64,000 nucleotides of DNA from Tubiluchus corallicola. Its lineage: Eukaryota; Animalia; Priapulida. Every line of letters starts with the position of its first letter. Position 1 is the stretch's first letter. The stretch spans positions 62,001 to 126,000 of the forward strand of contig JAQGDQ010000318.1 of the NCBI GenBank assembly GCA_030141605.1, read 5' to 3'. The notes beneath the pieces were generated by a model. It ran no database searches. It saw nothing but the letters and a program-made list of their open reading frames with translations, and was not told the origin of the DNA. Below are positions 63,035 to 64,000 of this stretch, piece by piece. The position numbers and the translations under genes were made by a program.

Positions 63035-64000
63035 CGTGAGCTTTCGTAGAATGAAATAAACCCTGACACTATCTGCAAAGATCGCCTTTAAAAGGTTTAA
63101 TACATCACGGAAACGAATGTTTTAGTGTGAGGGTTTATTTGATACTATCTGAAATCGTTCTAAGAGTCTTTGATCTTTGTTAATTTAGTTTCGAACATGG
63201 AGTGACTAATGCAATTGTCGCAGACGTCATAATAAGAGCTTAGTTTTCATTTTCATTGGAATGGAAATTTAAATCATCTTGCATGTATGTTATTATTCAA
63301 ACAGCAACAATTTAGTTAATTTTGAAATGGGCGTATGGTTCTCACAGCAAAAAATGAAATTCACAATTGGCTTCATTATTAGCATATAATAGGGCTTTCC
63401 GCCTAAAGGAGACACAAAAGTCTGACAAAACTCATTTTGCATTTAAACAAAATCGCTTTCAGATTGTCACGTTTGGCTCGTGTCGTCTCTTATTGATTCT
63501 TAAGATTTTGAATTCATCTCTTTTTAACGACGCACTCCTACAAAGACGATTACTTGAACATTACCTCTTTCGAATAACTGACTATTGGTTACGTTTGGAT
63601 TCACAGTAAGTCTTTTCCGCTGTTGTTGCTTATCGAAGTACATTGTGGGCCACATTGGAATGGAAATTCTACATTCTTATTTTACAACATTTGTTTTATC
63701 AGTAATTGTTTTGTTTGTCTTTAGTGTCATTATATTTCAAAATTGAAATTATTTTTATTTTTTCTTGTAATGTATGTATTTTTAGCACTATATTAAATAT
63801 AAATAAATATATGTTCGCAATTTTTAACTTATTCACATTACTTATGTATATATTATTGTAAAGGATCAACTATTGAAGACGAGAAAAAGTTCTTGATTAA
63901 TTGTGAAAACTATAAAATGAATAAAGACGAAGCCTTCACTGACATTGTAAGCATATTGTCCTGACTTGATACCTAATTATGAGCAATGATGATGAGTATT

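Larger units (their letters stand above)
55615..64000. repeat. Segmental duplication, copy B (extra blocks at about 58097-60373, 61295-61900, 63270-63640)
   Basis: By-eye alignment with 44667-49949. Confidence 0.95.

Overview
AT-rich, intron-containing eukaryotic (invertebrate animal-like) DNA. Left to right: (1) the 3' 12 coding exons of a classical calpain (+, 3238-20966; 5' exons lie outside the window), with a U12-type intron and degenerate EF-hands; (2) a two-exon DHCR24 (+, 22957-26901); (3) a two-exon SETMAR-type SET methyltransferase without transposase (-, 42089-31400), whose 9.8-kb intron hosts an ankyrin/SOCS-box gene (-) and an N-terminally truncated CWC25-like gene (+); (4) an orphan iGluR/IR-like exon; (5) two recent tandem copies of a 4-exon, 577-aa, signal-peptide, double-module LRR protein with a GPI-like tail (-, 49371-44780 and 63034-55764), which differ mostly by replacement substitutions; (6) between the copies, a decayed lectin-like/mucin/TM receptor relic. 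Introns are full of short non-autonomous DNA transposons (hAT, Tc1/mariner-pogo, piggyBac-like, Kolobok-like), a tRNA-derived SINE, LINE remnants and tandem repeats. Gene models were built by eye from GT-AG sites and frame continuity; family assignments come from remembered motifs, not database searches.
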